Position numbers and translations under genes: made by a program. Positions 19,351-28,878 of a stretch of DNA of 64,000 nucleotides are shown in pieces. Source of the DNA: an uncultured Bacteroidia bacterium (GTDB taxonomy: Bacteria > Bacteroidota > Bacteroidia > NS11-12g > UBA9320); assembly GCA_943787465.1 (NCBI GenBank), contig CALSMN010000002.1:1727-65726 (forward strand), written 5' to 3'. Every line of letters starts with the position of its first letter. Position 1 is the first letter of the stretch. Under the pieces are notes generated by a model. That model had not been told where the DNA came from. It did no database searches and worked only from the letters and a program-made list of their open reading frames with translations.

Positions 19351-19848
19351 TTGATACACCATTTCAAAGTCGTCCATAACAAATCCACAACCTATATCAA
19401 TTACCAAGTCTTTTCGTTGAATAAAACCTAATTTTAGATATGCTTGGATGGCAATTGTATTGTATTTATTTACAGTTAACACAATCGATGAGCAATTTAG
19501 ATTTTGTGCCTGATGCAAGACAAATTGCATCATTTGACGGCCATAACCTAGTCCTCTATATTTTTTTATAAGGTATATTTTACTGAGAAAAAGCGTCTTA
19601 TCTTTTTGCTGTTTGAAAGAAAGGTATCCTATATTGTCAATTGCGCAAACGGTATAGTACTGATAACTATCATGAATTTGATTCGTAATGGCAGTGGTTG
19701 ATTGAAATTTTTCAACCATGTACGCTACTTGGTCTTTACCTATAATAGGAGTGTAGTGCTCTTCCCAAATTTCTCGAGCCATATTGGCTAAAACAGCTAT
19801 TGAATTAGACTCGATTACAGCCTTAAATATTAGTTTATTTTTCTCCAA
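19333..19848 (-). CDS. GNAT-family N-acetyltransferase
   Basis: This is a 171-aa ORF. The acetyl-CoA motif YRGLGYGRQMM and the fold-typical length support the call. It overlaps the rlmD 3' end convergently by 18 nt. Confidence 0.75.
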   Translation of the reverse strand: MEKNKLIFKAVIESNSIAVLANMAREIWEEHYTPIIGKDQVAYMVEKFQSTTAITNQIHDSYQYYTVCAIDNIGYLSFKQQKDKTLFLSKIYLIKKYRGLGYGRQMMQFVLHQAQNLNCSSIVLTVNKYNTIAIQAYLKLGFIQRKDLVIDIGCGFVMDDFEMVYQLPQGE

Positions 19849-20536
19849 AGTTGTAGCCTAAACTCACATTAACAGGCATGTAAAATCGTTGACCTTTACC
19901 TTCCCAGTAGTTGAGGTACAAAATATTGTCATCAATATCATCATATTGCTTATTTAAATTAGCGATATTTATTTCATTCTGGGCTTGAACATTTGCATTA
20001 CTCCAGCCAATACCAAAACTGGTCTCAAAGTATAATTTTTCTCCAATTTTAGATGCTCCTCCCATCAAAAAATAAATGCCAGTCCTTGTTCGGTTGTACT
20101 CCATATCTATATTTTGATAGGTTTGACTCATTGAATTGAAATAGGTTAGAGGTCGATTGAATTTTACAAATCCGCCATCGAGACCTACCCCCAAGAAAAG
20201 ACCCTCAGCTAGGGGAGTATTTTGATGTCTTCGAAGTTGATAAAACCTCAGTTCACCGCCAACTTCCATACCATAATTAATATTCATTTCTGAAGTCGTA
20301 GCCAATGGAACGTTTAAATTAATATTGAATGTTGGGAGATTTGTTTTATTAGGAGTAAGGGGAGAAATTTCATAAGAAACATGTAGTTTTTGCACACCCA
20401 AACCCATTAGATTTAGAGCATCAATTTTTAGAATTTTGTATGATTCCTTTGTCACAGGAGGTGTAGGCTCATTTTGACCTTGAATGCTCCATCCTGAGAA
20501 AATGATTAGTGTTAGAGTGATTAGTTTTAGTTTCAT
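19835..20536 (-). CDS. Outer-membrane beta-barrel protein, function unknown
   Basis: The signal peptide is MKLKLITLTLIIFSGWSIQGQ. The sequence shows alternating beta-strand patterning with glycine/aromatic girdles. It overlaps the GNAT start by 14 nt, which suggests an operon. Confidence 0.55.
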   Translation of the reverse strand: MKLKLITLTLIIFSGWSIQGQNEPTPPVTKESYKILKIDALNLMGLGVQKLHVSYEISPLTPNKTNLPTFNINLNVPLATTSEMNINYGMEVGGELRFYQLRRHQNTPLAEGLFLGVGLDGGFVKFNRPLTYFNSMSQTYQNIDMEYNRTRTGIYFLMGGASKIGEKLYFETSFGIGWSNANVQAQNEINIANLNKQYDDIDDNILYLNYWEGKGQRFYMPVNVSLGYNFGEK

Positions 20537-20541
20537 GTGTA

Positions 20542-21312
20542 TTATTTAGTTAGTATAGTACTTAATTTAGTTAGAGTTCCATTACTTTCAATAGAAAATT
20601 GATGGATGCCTTTTGAACTTACAGCAATTAATAGTTGGTCTTGAATGATAATGTCAAAGCATCCATCAAGTGGAGTAGCTCCAGCATAATTTGGGGATTC
20701 AGGTTGGTCAACTTTAAAGTGTTTGATTTGATTATCATCACAGATGTATAAGTCATTTTGGTAAATACCCAATCCAATGGGACCGGTTAGATTTACTCGA
20801 GCTACTTGAGTTGGATTTTTTTTATTGGAGATATCTATAATATCCAAACTATTAATGCCTCTCCAACAAGGTTGATTGCTATTGGTCCTAAGTGTAGAAT
20901 AAGCATAATTTCCTTGTGCGATTACAGGGTCACAGCTGGTTATATGAGGATAAGTAGATATTTGATGAGGTTGATTAGGGTTGGAAATATCAAATATAAG
21001 TACTCCATTTTGAGTGCCTAAGTATAAGTAGTTATCTAGAGAAAAAATGGTTTCGACTCCAGATAATTCATGTTTTGTTTGAAATGTAGGTATGGCTGGA
21101 TTGGATAAATCATAGGTGAATAATCTATCTTCAGTAGCGATATATAAATGAGCCTGAGCTATGGTAAAACGAGCAGTTGAACCTCCAATGCCAGATCCGC
21201 TATTACTCAAACCAGCTTGATTTTTGGTGGATGATGTATTGGGGGATGTAGTGGTTTGTTCACACGAACCTAAGAAAAAAATAATGAGCAAATAATATAC
21301 TATATTTTTCAT
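20542..21312 (-). CDS. LVIVD-repeat (beta-propeller) lipoprotein
   Basis: The lipobox is FLGSC. Repeats of the form LYIATEDRLFTYDLSNPAIP, LYLGTQNGVLIFDISNPNQP and INSLDIIDISNKKNP are present. Confidence 0.7.
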   Translation of the reverse strand: MKNIVYYLLIIFFLGSCEQTTTSPNTSSTKNQAGLSNSGSGIGGSTARFTIAQAHLYIATEDRLFTYDLSNPAIPTFQTKHELSGVETIFSLDNYLYLGTQNGVLIFDISNPNQPHQISTYPHITSCDPVIAQGNYAYSTLRTNSNQPCWRGINSLDIIDISNKKNPTQVARVNLTGPIGLGIYQNDLYICDDNQIKHFKVDQPESPNYAGATPLDGCFDIIIQDQLLIAVSSKGIHQFSIESNGTLTKLSTILTK

Positions 21313-21321
21313 GACGATAGA

Positions 21322-21885
21322 TTATTTAATTAGATAACAATCAGGTTGTTGTATCGTATTTAATTCCCAGGAGATAATGGTCCCCTTAGATGGATTAGGG
21401 CATTCGAAATAAACTTTATTTTCGGAAAAAGATTCAATAAAAGATGTTGGAGGTCTTAGTTGAAATTTTTCACCAATGTGTGCTTGTTCAAATGCAGTGA
21501 CTTGAGGTTGAGCGATATCAGTTATGTCTATGGTGACTATACCTACCCCCATGTCTGCATACAAAAAATCATGGTGTATTGCTAAATCAATATTCCCTGG
21601 AATTGTAATAAATTGAATGGGGCTTGGTGAGCTGGGATTGGAATTATCAAATACATGAACACCAACGTTTCGCTCATTGATAAAAAGCCATTGGTTGTAG
21701 GTGTAAATTTTACCCACAGCAGATAAGTCTCTGGGTGATTGAACAGAAATCATGGCTTGCAGGTCGCTTAAGGTTCCATATATTGGAGTGAGGGCAAGCA
21801 CATTTGGCTTATTTTGGTCTATTTCGCAACCACTAATCAAACCGATAAAAAGAAGGAATATGATGGTGGATTTATTTGACAGCAT
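21322..21885 (-). CDS. LVIVD-repeat-like lipoprotein
   Basis: The ORF is trimmed to the internal Met (MLSNKSTIIFLLFIGLISGCE, lipobox LISGC). Repeats LFINERNVGVHVFDNSNPSSP and LYADMGVGIVTIDITDIAQP are present. The upstream extension in the track overlaps the divergent gene. Confidence 0.65.
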   Translation of the reverse strand: MLSNKSTIIFLLFIGLISGCEIDQNKPNVLALTPIYGTLSDLQAMISVQSPRDLSAVGKIYTYNQWLFINERNVGVHVFDNSNPSSPSPIQFITIPGNIDLAIHHDFLYADMGVGIVTIDITDIAQPQVTAFEQAHIGEKFQLRPPTSFIESFSENKVYFECPNPSKGTIISWELNTIQQPDCYLIK

Positions 21886-21985
21886 GATCAATAAGGTATA
21901 ATTGAATTGGCGAATTTGATAAATTATTATTACAGTTTTGCAATTTAAAATAAATATGGTGCAAATTTGACAATTAATTAGTGAT

Positions 21986-22348
21986 ATGGAGCAAACCATA
22001 AATACAAAAGAGCAAGAACTTTTACACTCGTTGGATAGTGATATTAGTGGTTTAAAAAAAGAATTAAATGAAACTATTAAAGCCATAATAGAAGGAGGGT
22101 ATTCTAAATATCCCATTTTGTTAGCACACGAACAAAACCTACCTATTGCTCAAAAGGTCATTGACAAAACAGATTATCATACACATTTTAATTTTTCTGC
22201 AAGTACCATGGAAGAGTTGATAGCCAGAAAAATTATTTCAGATGATAAAAAAGAGGCTTTCAAAGAACAATTCATTGCACATACTGATTCATTTTGTATT
22301 TTGCTTGTTCATCCAGAGAGTATGCGATTTATTTTTCGATTAAAGTAA
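21986..22348 (+). CDS. Hypothetical protein
   Basis: This is a 120-aa ORF that ends 3 nt before the glycosyltransferase start. I recognise no motif. Confidence 0.45.
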   Translation: MEQTINTKEQELLHSLDSDISGLKKELNETIKAIIEGGYSKYPILLAHEQNLPIAQKVIDKTDYHTHFNFSASTMEELIARKIISDDKKEAFKEQFIAHTDSFCILLVHPESMRFIFRLK

Positions 22349-22351
22349 AGC

Positions 22352-23383
22352 ATGAGTAAATCATCTTGTGTAGCCATCGTCGTTTTAAATTATAATACAG
22401 AAGTATTATTGTCAAAGTATCTGCCTAGCATTCTAGCGACAAATTATGATAATAAGGAAATTTGGGTGGTCGATAATGCGTCTACGGATGGCTCTTTAGC
22501 ATTACTACACGAAAATTATTTGGACCAAATTAAAGTGTTGCAGACCCCAAAAAATTTGGGATATGCTGGGGGATATAATTGGGCCTTGAGTCAAATTAAT
22601 GCAACGTATTATGTATTGATAAACAGTGATGTTCGAGTGACTAAAGATTGGTTGCAACCCTTGGTTAAAATGGCAGAAAACAACGATCAAATTGCAGCCA
22701 TTCAACCTAAAATATTGGCGGATAAAAATCCAGATTTTTTTGAATATGCTGGGGCTAGTGGAGGATATCTCGATTGCTGGGGATATGCTTTTTGTAGAGG
22801 GAGGATAATGGATGCCCTTGAAAAAGATAATAATCAGTATGATAGTGCGGTACCCATATTTTGGGCTTCAGGTGCCTGCCTATTTGTTCGGTCCACGGCC
22901 TTTCACGCAGTGCATGGATTTGATGATGATTTATTTGCACACATGGAAGAAATTGATCTATGTTGGCGGTTGCAGCATCAAGGACATCAAATTTATGTAG
23001 AACCTCAATCGATAGTGTATCATCTGGGTGGCGGAACATTGAGTGAAGGGTCATCATTCAAATATTTTTTGAATTTTAGAAACAGCCTTATTGTACTTTC
23101 TAAAAATACTACATCCACATTTTGGATGCTTCAAGTTCTTTGGCGGATGGTTTTGGACGGTTTAGCGAGTATCAAATTTATAGCTGATGGGAAACCTCAG
23201 CTGATAGGAGCCATCTTGAAAGCTCACGGGGCATATTGGTCTACCTTAAATAAAACCTTACATAAACGAAAACGGATTCAACTGTCTTCGAAACACCAAC
23301 CTAAGGTATATCAACGGTCAATTATTTGGGCTTATTTTATTCTGAAAAAAAAGAAATTTACAGCGTTAAAAGATGTTGAATAG
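22352..23383 (+). CDS. Family 2 glycosyltransferase
   Basis: The N-terminus VAIVVLNYN...VVDNASTDGS is followed by NLGYAGGYN and INSDV (DxD-like), which is a typical GT2 (rhamnosyltransferase-like) layout. Confidence 0.8.
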   Translation: MSKSSCVAIVVLNYNTEVLLSKYLPSILATNYDNKEIWVVDNASTDGSLALLHENYLDQIKVLQTPKNLGYAGGYNWALSQINATYYVLINSDVRVTKDWLQPLVKMAENNDQIAAIQPKILADKNPDFFEYAGASGGYLDCWGYAFCRGRIMDALEKDNNQYDSAVPIFWASGACLFVRSTAFHAVHGFDDDLFAHMEEIDLCWRLQHQGHQIYVEPQSIVYHLGGGTLSEGSSFKYFLNFRNSLIVLSKNTTSTFWMLQVLWRMVLDGLASIKFIADGKPQLIGAILKAHGAYWSTLNKTLHKRKRIQLSSKHQPKVYQRSIIWAYFILKKKKFTALKDVE

Positions 23384-23777
23384 CCAATTGGTAACTCTGT
23401 AGTCCAAGTCCAAAAATGCCTCCTACCACATATTGAGATAGCAGTTCTTGGTGGCGTTCAGATTCTCGTTGGTAAATATTCGAAATATGAACAGAAATAA
23501 CGGGTGTTTTAATGGCTGCAACTGCATCAGCAAGAGCAACAGATGTATGTGCATATCCACCAGCGTTGAGTATAATTCCAGTATACCTTTCGTCAGCTTG
23601 ATGTAAGGTGTTTATGAGATCGCCCTCAATATTACTTTGAACGTAATCGATTGTGTGGTCAGAAAATTTCGCTTGTAGGTTAGTCAAATAGACGTTAAAA
23701 TTTTGATCACCATAGATGGTTGGTTCACGTTTTCCAAGCAAATTTAAATTAGGTCCGTTTAGAATGAGTATTTTCAA
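23358..23777 (-). CDS. aroQ: Type II 3-dehydroquinate dehydratase
   Basis: (M)KILILNGPNLNLLGKREPTIYG, HQSN-like VQSNIEG, NAGGYAHTS and ISVHISN are present. I prefer the TTG at 23777 because the ATG at 23801 sits inside the -7 box at 23799-23806. The alternative is 23358-23801. Confidence 0.85.
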   Translation of the reverse strand: MKILILNGPNLNLLGKREPTIYGDQNFNVYLTNLQAKFSDHTIDYVQSNIEGDLINTLHQADERYTGIILNAGGYAHTSVALADAVAAIKTPVISVHISNIYQRESERHQELLSQYVVGGIFGLGLQSYQLAIQHLLTL

Positions 23778-23798
23778 AAATGTATCTTTTAAATGGTT

Positions 23799-23806
23799 CA
23801 AAGTTA
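23799..23806 (-). promoter_or_regulatory. -7 promoter box TAACTTTG (minus strand) for aroQ
   Basis: Plus-strand caaagtta directly abuts the purF box. Confidence 0.4.
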
Positions 23807-23814
23807 TACATTTG
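23807..23814 (+). promoter_or_regulatory. -7 promoter box TACATTTG for the purF-like gene
   Basis: It matches TAnnTTTG perfectly, 18 nt upstream of ATG 23833. Confidence 0.4.
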
Positions 23815-23832
23815 TTTCATCATTTTAGCTGT

Positions 23833-25722
23833 ATGAGCGATCCAATAAAACACGAGTGCGGTGTAGCCTTAGTTCGGTTACGAAAACCACTAACTTATTA
23901 TCGTGAAAAGTATGGTACTGAATTGTATGGTCTCAAAAAACTGCAAATGTTGATGAACAAGCAGTTGAATCGTGGTCAAGACGGAGCAGGACTTGCTGTA
24001 ATTAAATTAGATCCAGAATATGGAAGTCGTTACATTGCCAGAGAGCGTGCCATTGGCTCGGGAGCAGTGGCAACCTTATTTGAACGATTGAATGCTAAAC
24101 ATCAAGCATTGGATCAAACTTTAGCTCAGGAAACAGCATGGCTAAAAAAAAAATATCCTTATGCAGGAGAACTTTTATTGGGTCATTTACGATATGCAAC
24201 ACATGGGAAAAATAGCATAGAAAACATTCACCCTTTTCTCCGACAAAACAATTGGATGAGCAGGAATTTAGTGTTAGCTGGAAATTATAACATGACCAAT
24301 GTTCAAGATATGTATCGTCAGCTCATTGATTTGGGGCAACATCCAAAAGAAATTAGTGACAATGTTACCATGCTTGAAAAAATTGGTCATTTTTTGGACG
24401 AAGAAAATGCCCGTTTATATCGTGAATACAAAACCCAAGATATGAATAGTTTGGATATCGCTGACCAAATCAAACAAAATTTAGATTTAGAGGATGTCTT
24501 AAAAAATGCATTTAAGAGTGTAGATGGAGGATATAATATAGTAGGACTGATAGGTGATGGTAATGCTTTTGTAATGCGTGATCCTAATGGGATTCGCCCT
24601 AATTATTATTGGGCTGATGAAGAGGTGATTGTAGTAGCTAGTGAGCGATCAGCCATTCAAACGGCTTTTGATCTTCAGATGGGAGATTTAAAAGAGGTGA
24701 ATCCTGGTTCTGCCCTAATTATTCATCGCGATGGAACCTTCAAAGAAAAACAAATCTTGCCTCAATTGGAACGGAAGTCCTGCAGTTTTGAACGCATTTA
24801 CTTTTCTCGAGGTAGTGATGGAAAAATTCACGAAGAACGAAAACAATTAGGTCGTAAACTAGCACGTAGTATTCTCAAAAGACTCGATTATGATATTCGG
24901 TCAACTGTTTTTTCATACATTCCCAATACAGCAGCAACCTCCTATTATGGTCTTATCGATGGGATATACAAATATCTTGATAAGTGGAAACGCGAAGCTA
25001 TTTTAAAATTGGGTCCCAAGGCTACTGGAGCTGAAATAGATGCTTTGTTATCTGTAAAGATTCGTCGGGAGAAATTACTTGTAAAAGATGCCAAAATCAG
25101 AACATTTATAGCCCAAGATGCTGGGCGAGATGATTTAGTGGGGAATGGATATGATGTTACATATGGTCTGGTAAAACCTACAGATACATTAGTTGTAGTT
25201 GATGATAGTATTGTTCGAGGAACTACCTTGAAAAAAAGTATACTTCGAATATTAGATCGGTTGGGGCCAAGAAAAATTATTGTCGCTTCCTCTGCACCCA
25301 TAATTAAATATCCGGACTGTTATGGTATTGATATGAGTCGAATGAATGAATTCATTGCATTTAAAGCCGTAAAAAGTTTGCTTGCCAAAAGAAATAATCT
25401 ACAGTTTATGGATGAAGTGTTTGAAGCATGTAAGCAAGAACTCACAAAACCTATGGAAAAAATGGAGAATAAAGTAAAAATGCTTTACGATCAATTTACA
25501 GATAAAGAAATTGAAGACGAAATTGCCTTATTGGTAACCCCAGAAGATATCAATGCAGAGGTAGAGATTGTTTATCAAACCATAGAGAATTTGAATGTAT
25601 CGTGTCCCAACCACCTGGGCGACTGGTATTTTTCAGGCAACTATCCCACTCCAGGAGGAAATCAGGTGGTTAATCGCAGTTTTGTATACTACATGCAAGG
25701 GAGTTCAGATCGAGCCTATTAA
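23833..25722 (+). CDS. purF: Amidophosphoribosyltransferase (long Bacteroidota-type class II glutamine amidotransferase/PRTase)
   Basis: The ORF is trimmed to MSDPIKHECGVALVRL, a short propeptide followed by the Ntn cysteine. The PRPP-binding motif VVVDDSIVRGTT is present. The upstream part of the track ORF overlaps aroQ. Confidence 0.8.
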   Translation: MSDPIKHECGVALVRLRKPLTYYREKYGTELYGLKKLQMLMNKQLNRGQDGAGLAVIKLDPEYGSRYIARERAIGSGAVATLFERLNAKHQALDQTLAQETAWLKKKYPYAGELLLGHLRYATHGKNSIENIHPFLRQNNWMSRNLVLAGNYNMTNVQDMYRQLIDLGQHPKEISDNVTMLEKIGHFLDEENARLYREYKTQDMNSLDIADQIKQNLDLEDVLKNAFKSVDGGYNIVGLIGDGNAFVMRDPNGIRPNYYWADEEVIVVASERSAIQTAFDLQMGDLKEVNPGSALIIHRDGTFKEKQILPQLERKSCSFERIYFSRGSDGKIHEERKQLGRKLARSILKRLDYDIRSTVFSYIPNTAATSYYGLIDGIYKYLDKWKREAILKLGPKATGAEIDALLSVKIRREKLLVKDAKIRTFIAQDAGRDDLVGNGYDVTYGLVKPTDTLVVVDDSIVRGTTLKKSILRILDRLGPRKIIVASSAPIIKYPDCYGIDMSRMNEFIAFKAVKSLLAKRNNLQFMDEVFEACKQELTKPMEKMENKVKMLYDQFTDKEIEDEIALLVTPEDINAEVEIVYQTIENLNVSCPNHLGDWYFSGNYPTPGGNQVVNRSFVYYMQGSSDRAY

Positions 25723-25753
25723 TTTGCCTTGATTCCAACAGTTCTTGATAGCA

Positions 25754-26974
25754 TCACACAATAACATTATGTATTTTATTTTCTCCAAACCAATAGGGGA
25801 TATCCTCTAATCCGTTGGCAGGTTTGGTGATAATTAAGTTGGCTTTTTTCCCAATCTGAATACTGCCCACTTCGTTTTGAATTTCCATAGCAAATGCTGC
25901 GTTATAGGTTAATGCATTGAAGGCCTCTTCAGGTGTGAGTTTCATTTGGGAACAGGCAAGTCCAAAAGCCAAGTTGAGATTACTGCTTGGAGCAGATCCT
26001 GGATTGAAATCACTAGCAATTACAAGGGGAATATTGTTTTTTATTAGTTTTTTACCAGGGGTGTATGGGATGTCTAAAAATAAGGAACACAAGGGTAAGG
26101 CTGTGGCTAATGTGTTGGATTTTTTTAATACAGCATAATCCTCATCAGTCATTACCTCCAAGTGATCTACAGAAAGTGCTCCATGAGAGCATGCTAACTG
26201 AACAGCTCCGAAACTACTAAATTGATTTACATGAACTTTAGCTTTAAGTCCGTATTTGTCGCCAGCTTCAATTACTTGTTTTAGGTCATCTAAGTCAAAA
26301 TAGCCTGTTTCGCAAAAGATATCGATGTAATCGGCTAGATTCTCTCCAGCTATTCGAGGCAACATTTCATTGCAAACGAGATACATGTATGCTGCCTTAT
26401 TGTTTTTAAATTCCTCAGGGATGGCATGTGCACCCAAGAAAGTCGATTTAATTGGAATAGGTGATAGCTGTTTTAAGATACGAATCACACGAAGCATTTT
26501 CATTTCATCTTCGATGTTGAGTCCATAGCCACTTTTAATTTCTATAGCCCCAGTACCATTTTTGATGACTTGTTCGAGTCGGATGTGAGCATCATCATAA
26601 AGTTCTTGTTCACTCATATCGTGCAACTTTTTTGCCGAGTTTAGAATTCCTCCACCAGCTTCTGCAATTTCTTGGTAGGATTTACCGTGTAGTCGCATTT
26701 TCATCTCGTCACTTCTACTTTTAGCAAAAACAAGATGTGTATGCGAATCTACATACATGGGCAATACCAATTTATGAGTACAATCATGGGCAGTCAATTC
26801 GGTGTTTGGACAATCAGTCATGGGACCAAAATCATGAATAATTCCATTTCGAATGATTAAGTATGCATTATCTAACGTTTGTACATGGCCTTGTGAACTT
26901 CCTTTTTTTACCTCATTAGAATTTTTAGTGATTCCAATTAGTTGTTTGATGTTGGTAAGTACTATATTATTCAT
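25754..26974 (-). CDS. hutI: Imidazolonepropionase
   Basis: This is a 406-aa amidohydrolase with the metal ligands VDSHTHLVF. The YQEIAEAGGGI, HAD-like and ASDFNPGS motifs are typical of HutI. Confidence 0.85.
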   Translation of the reverse strand: MNNIVLTNIKQLIGITKNSNEVKKGSSQGHVQTLDNAYLIIRNGIIHDFGPMTDCPNTELTAHDCTHKLVLPMYVDSHTHLVFAKSRSDEMKMRLHGKSYQEIAEAGGGILNSAKKLHDMSEQELYDDAHIRLEQVIKNGTGAIEIKSGYGLNIEDEMKMLRVIRILKQLSPIPIKSTFLGAHAIPEEFKNNKAAYMYLVCNEMLPRIAGENLADYIDIFCETGYFDLDDLKQVIEAGDKYGLKAKVHVNQFSSFGAVQLACSHGALSVDHLEVMTDEDYAVLKKSNTLATALPLCSLFLDIPYTPGKKLIKNNIPLVIASDFNPGSAPSSNLNLAFGLACSQMKLTPEEAFNALTYNAAFAMEIQNEVGSIQIGKKANLIITKPANGLEDIPYWFGENKIHNVIV

Positions 26975-26999
26975 GGGGCTGTGGTGTATAAACTGAGAG

Positions 27000-27007
27000 C
27001 AAAAATA
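27000..27007 (-). promoter_or_regulatory. -7 promoter box TATTTTTG (minus strand) for hutI
   Basis: Plus-strand caaaaata lies 25 nt upstream of ATG 26974 and downstream of the rny terminator. Confidence 0.4.
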
Positions 27008-27032
27008 GGGGTTAGATTCTGAAAGGATAGTT

Positions 27033-27067
27033 AAAAAAAATAGACCGCATCTGAAAGATGCGGTCTA
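27033..27067 (-). terminator. Rho-independent terminator ending the rny transcript
   Basis: A perfect 11-bp stem tagaccgcatc (27041-27051) / gatgcggtcta (27057-27067) has loop tgaaa. On the minus strand it is followed by U8 (plus-strand a-run 27033-27040). Confidence 0.85.
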
Positions 27068-27206
27068 TGCGTTAGCTTAAACTAAAAAACTAAAATGTAA
27101 TAATGAAAAAAAGATCAAATTCATGGAGTTATACCAAACAACTAAATCTCCTCTCAAAACTTATTCAGTACAAAGTTGAGGGGGTAAATTGAATTAAAAT
27201 ATGACT

Positions 27207-27243
27207 AAAATATGATATTGGTCATATTTCGATATGATTTTTA
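27207..27243. repeat. 37-nt AT-rich three-arm motif, copy A (aaaatatgatattggtcatatttcgatatgattttta)
   Basis: It is 32/37 identical to 54917-54953. The arms are ATATGA-N6-TCATAT-N4-ATATGA. It ends 13 nt 3' of the rny stop (27257-27259). An extra aaatatgac arm lies at 27198-27206. Confidence 0.8.
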
Positions 27244-27256
27244 TACGTATTTGGAA

Positions 27257-28810
27257 TTATTTAGCAAAAGATACGGCTCTTCGTTCACGAATTACAGTTA
27301 CTTTGATTTGGCCTGGGTAAATCATTTCTTTCATGATTTTTTGAGAAATATCAAATGATAGCAGGTCTGCACTTTTATCGTCTAATGAATCACTGTCAAC
27401 AATAACTCTAAGTTCTCTCCCCGCTTGAATAGCGAAAGCATTTTCAACTCCATTAAAACCAATAGCTAATTTTTCAAGATCTTGTAATCTTTTGATATAG
27501 CTTTCACTATCTTCTCTTCTAGCTCCTGGTCTAGATCCGCTGATGGCATCACAGGCTTGAACGATTGGTGAAAATAGATTTGTCATTTCAATTTCATCGT
27601 GGTGAGCACCTACGGCATTACATACTTCTGGATGTTCGCCGAACTTTTCACATAATTTCATACCAAGCAAAGCATGTGGCATTTCACTATCAGTATCGGG
27701 GACCTTCCCAATATCGTGAAGAAGGCCAGCTCGTTTTGCACGTTTCGCATCCAAACCAAATTCGGCAGCCATGGTAGCGCATAAATTTGCAACTTCTCTA
27801 CTGTGTTTGAGAAGGTTCTGACCATAAGATGATCTAAATCTCATTCGACCAACCATTCTTATTAGTTCAGGATGAAGCCCATTGATTCCAAGGTCGATAA
27901 CTGCTTGTTCTCCATATTCAACTATTTCTTGGTCTACATCTTTTTTAGTTTTCATGACAACTTCCTCAATCCTAGCGGGATGGATTCTGCCATCTGCAAC
28001 TAATCGGTGAAGAGCAAGTCTTGCAATCTCTCTTCTAACAGGGTCAAATCCAGATAAAATAATTGCTTCAGGGGTATCATCTACAATGATTTCTATTCCA
28101 GTTGCGGCCTCTAAAGCTCTGATGTTTCTTCCTTCTCGGCCAATTATTCTACCTTTTACATCATCATTGTCAATATTAAATACAGTTACAGAATTTTCAA
28201 TGGCTTGTTCTGCTGCAGTACGTTGAATAGTTTGGAGTATCATACGTTTTGCATCTTTATTGGCTGTTAACTTTGCTTCTTCTATAATCAGTTTTTGTTG
28301 AGCTAGGGCTTCAGTATGTGCATCTTTTGCAACAGCTTCTATCATTTGACTTTTAGCTTCTTCTTTGCTTAAACCTGCAATTTTTTCTAATTGATTTATT
28401 TGTGCACCAATTTGATCTTTAAGCTCCTCTTGTTTAGATTTAACAATTTCCATTTGATTGGAAAGATTTTTTTTGAGCGTATCTAGTTCCTTTTCTTTCT
28501 GAATGTTATTTTCAATTTTGGAATCAAGACTTTGCTCTTTTCGTTTCAAATCATTGAATCGTTGATCGAGTTCTCTTTCTTTTTCTCTGGTAGATTGTTG
28601 ATGCTCATTTTTAAGTTTATGGAATTTTTCTTTTGCTTCTAGTTCACGTTCTCTTTTGTATGCATCTGCTTTAGCTTGAGCTTCCTTCAATAGTATTGAA
28701 GCTTGAGCTTCCATTTCTGCAGCTTTAGTACTTGTGTTTTTGGATGCGATGGTCCATGCAACTCCACCTCCCACGGCAAGACCAATTAGGGCAATTATTG
28801 CTTCTATCAT
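27257..28810 (-). CDS. rny: Ribonuclease Y
   Basis: This is a 517-aa ORF with an N-terminal TM helix, a charged coiled coil, the KH domain ([13 protein letters not shown]) and the HD domain (LLHDIGK...GAHH). Confidence 0.93.
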   Translation of the reverse strand: MIEAIIALIGLAVGGGVAWTIASKNTSTKAAEMEAQASILLKEAQAKADAYKRERELEAKEKFHKLKNEHQQSTREKERELDQRFNDLKRKEQSLDSKIENNIQKEKELDTLKKNLSNQMEIVKSKQEELKDQIGAQINQLEKIAGLSKEEAKSQMIEAVAKDAHTEALAQQKLIIEEAKLTANKDAKRMILQTIQRTAAEQAIENSVTVFNIDNDDVKGRIIGREGRNIRALEAATGIEIIVDDTPEAIILSGFDPVRREIARLALHRLVADGRIHPARIEEVVMKTKKDVDQEIVEYGEQAVIDLGINGLHPELIRMVGRMRFRSSYGQNLLKHSREVANLCATMAAEFGLDAKRAKRAGLLHDIGKVPDTDSEMPHALLGMKLCEKFGEHPEVCNAVGAHHDEIEMTNLFSPIVQACDAISGSRPGARREDSESYIKRLQDLEKLAIGFNGVENAFAIQAGRELRVIVDSDSLDDKSADLLSFDISQKIMKEMIYPGQIKVTVIRERRAVSFAK

Positions 28811-28878
28811 TTTTCTTTTTTGTTTGTAGAAAAAGAACGGGTGATTTGAACTAGAAAATCTCTAATAGGTATAGACGT

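Noticed and set aside
27103-27192. 29-aa plus-strand mini-ORF (MKKRSNSWSYTKQLNLLSKLIQYKVEGVN) in the rny 3' region, ending just before motif copy A.
   Set aside because: It is too short and has no promoter box upstream and no supporting feature. Copy B has no matching ORF, so the ORF does not explain the motif.
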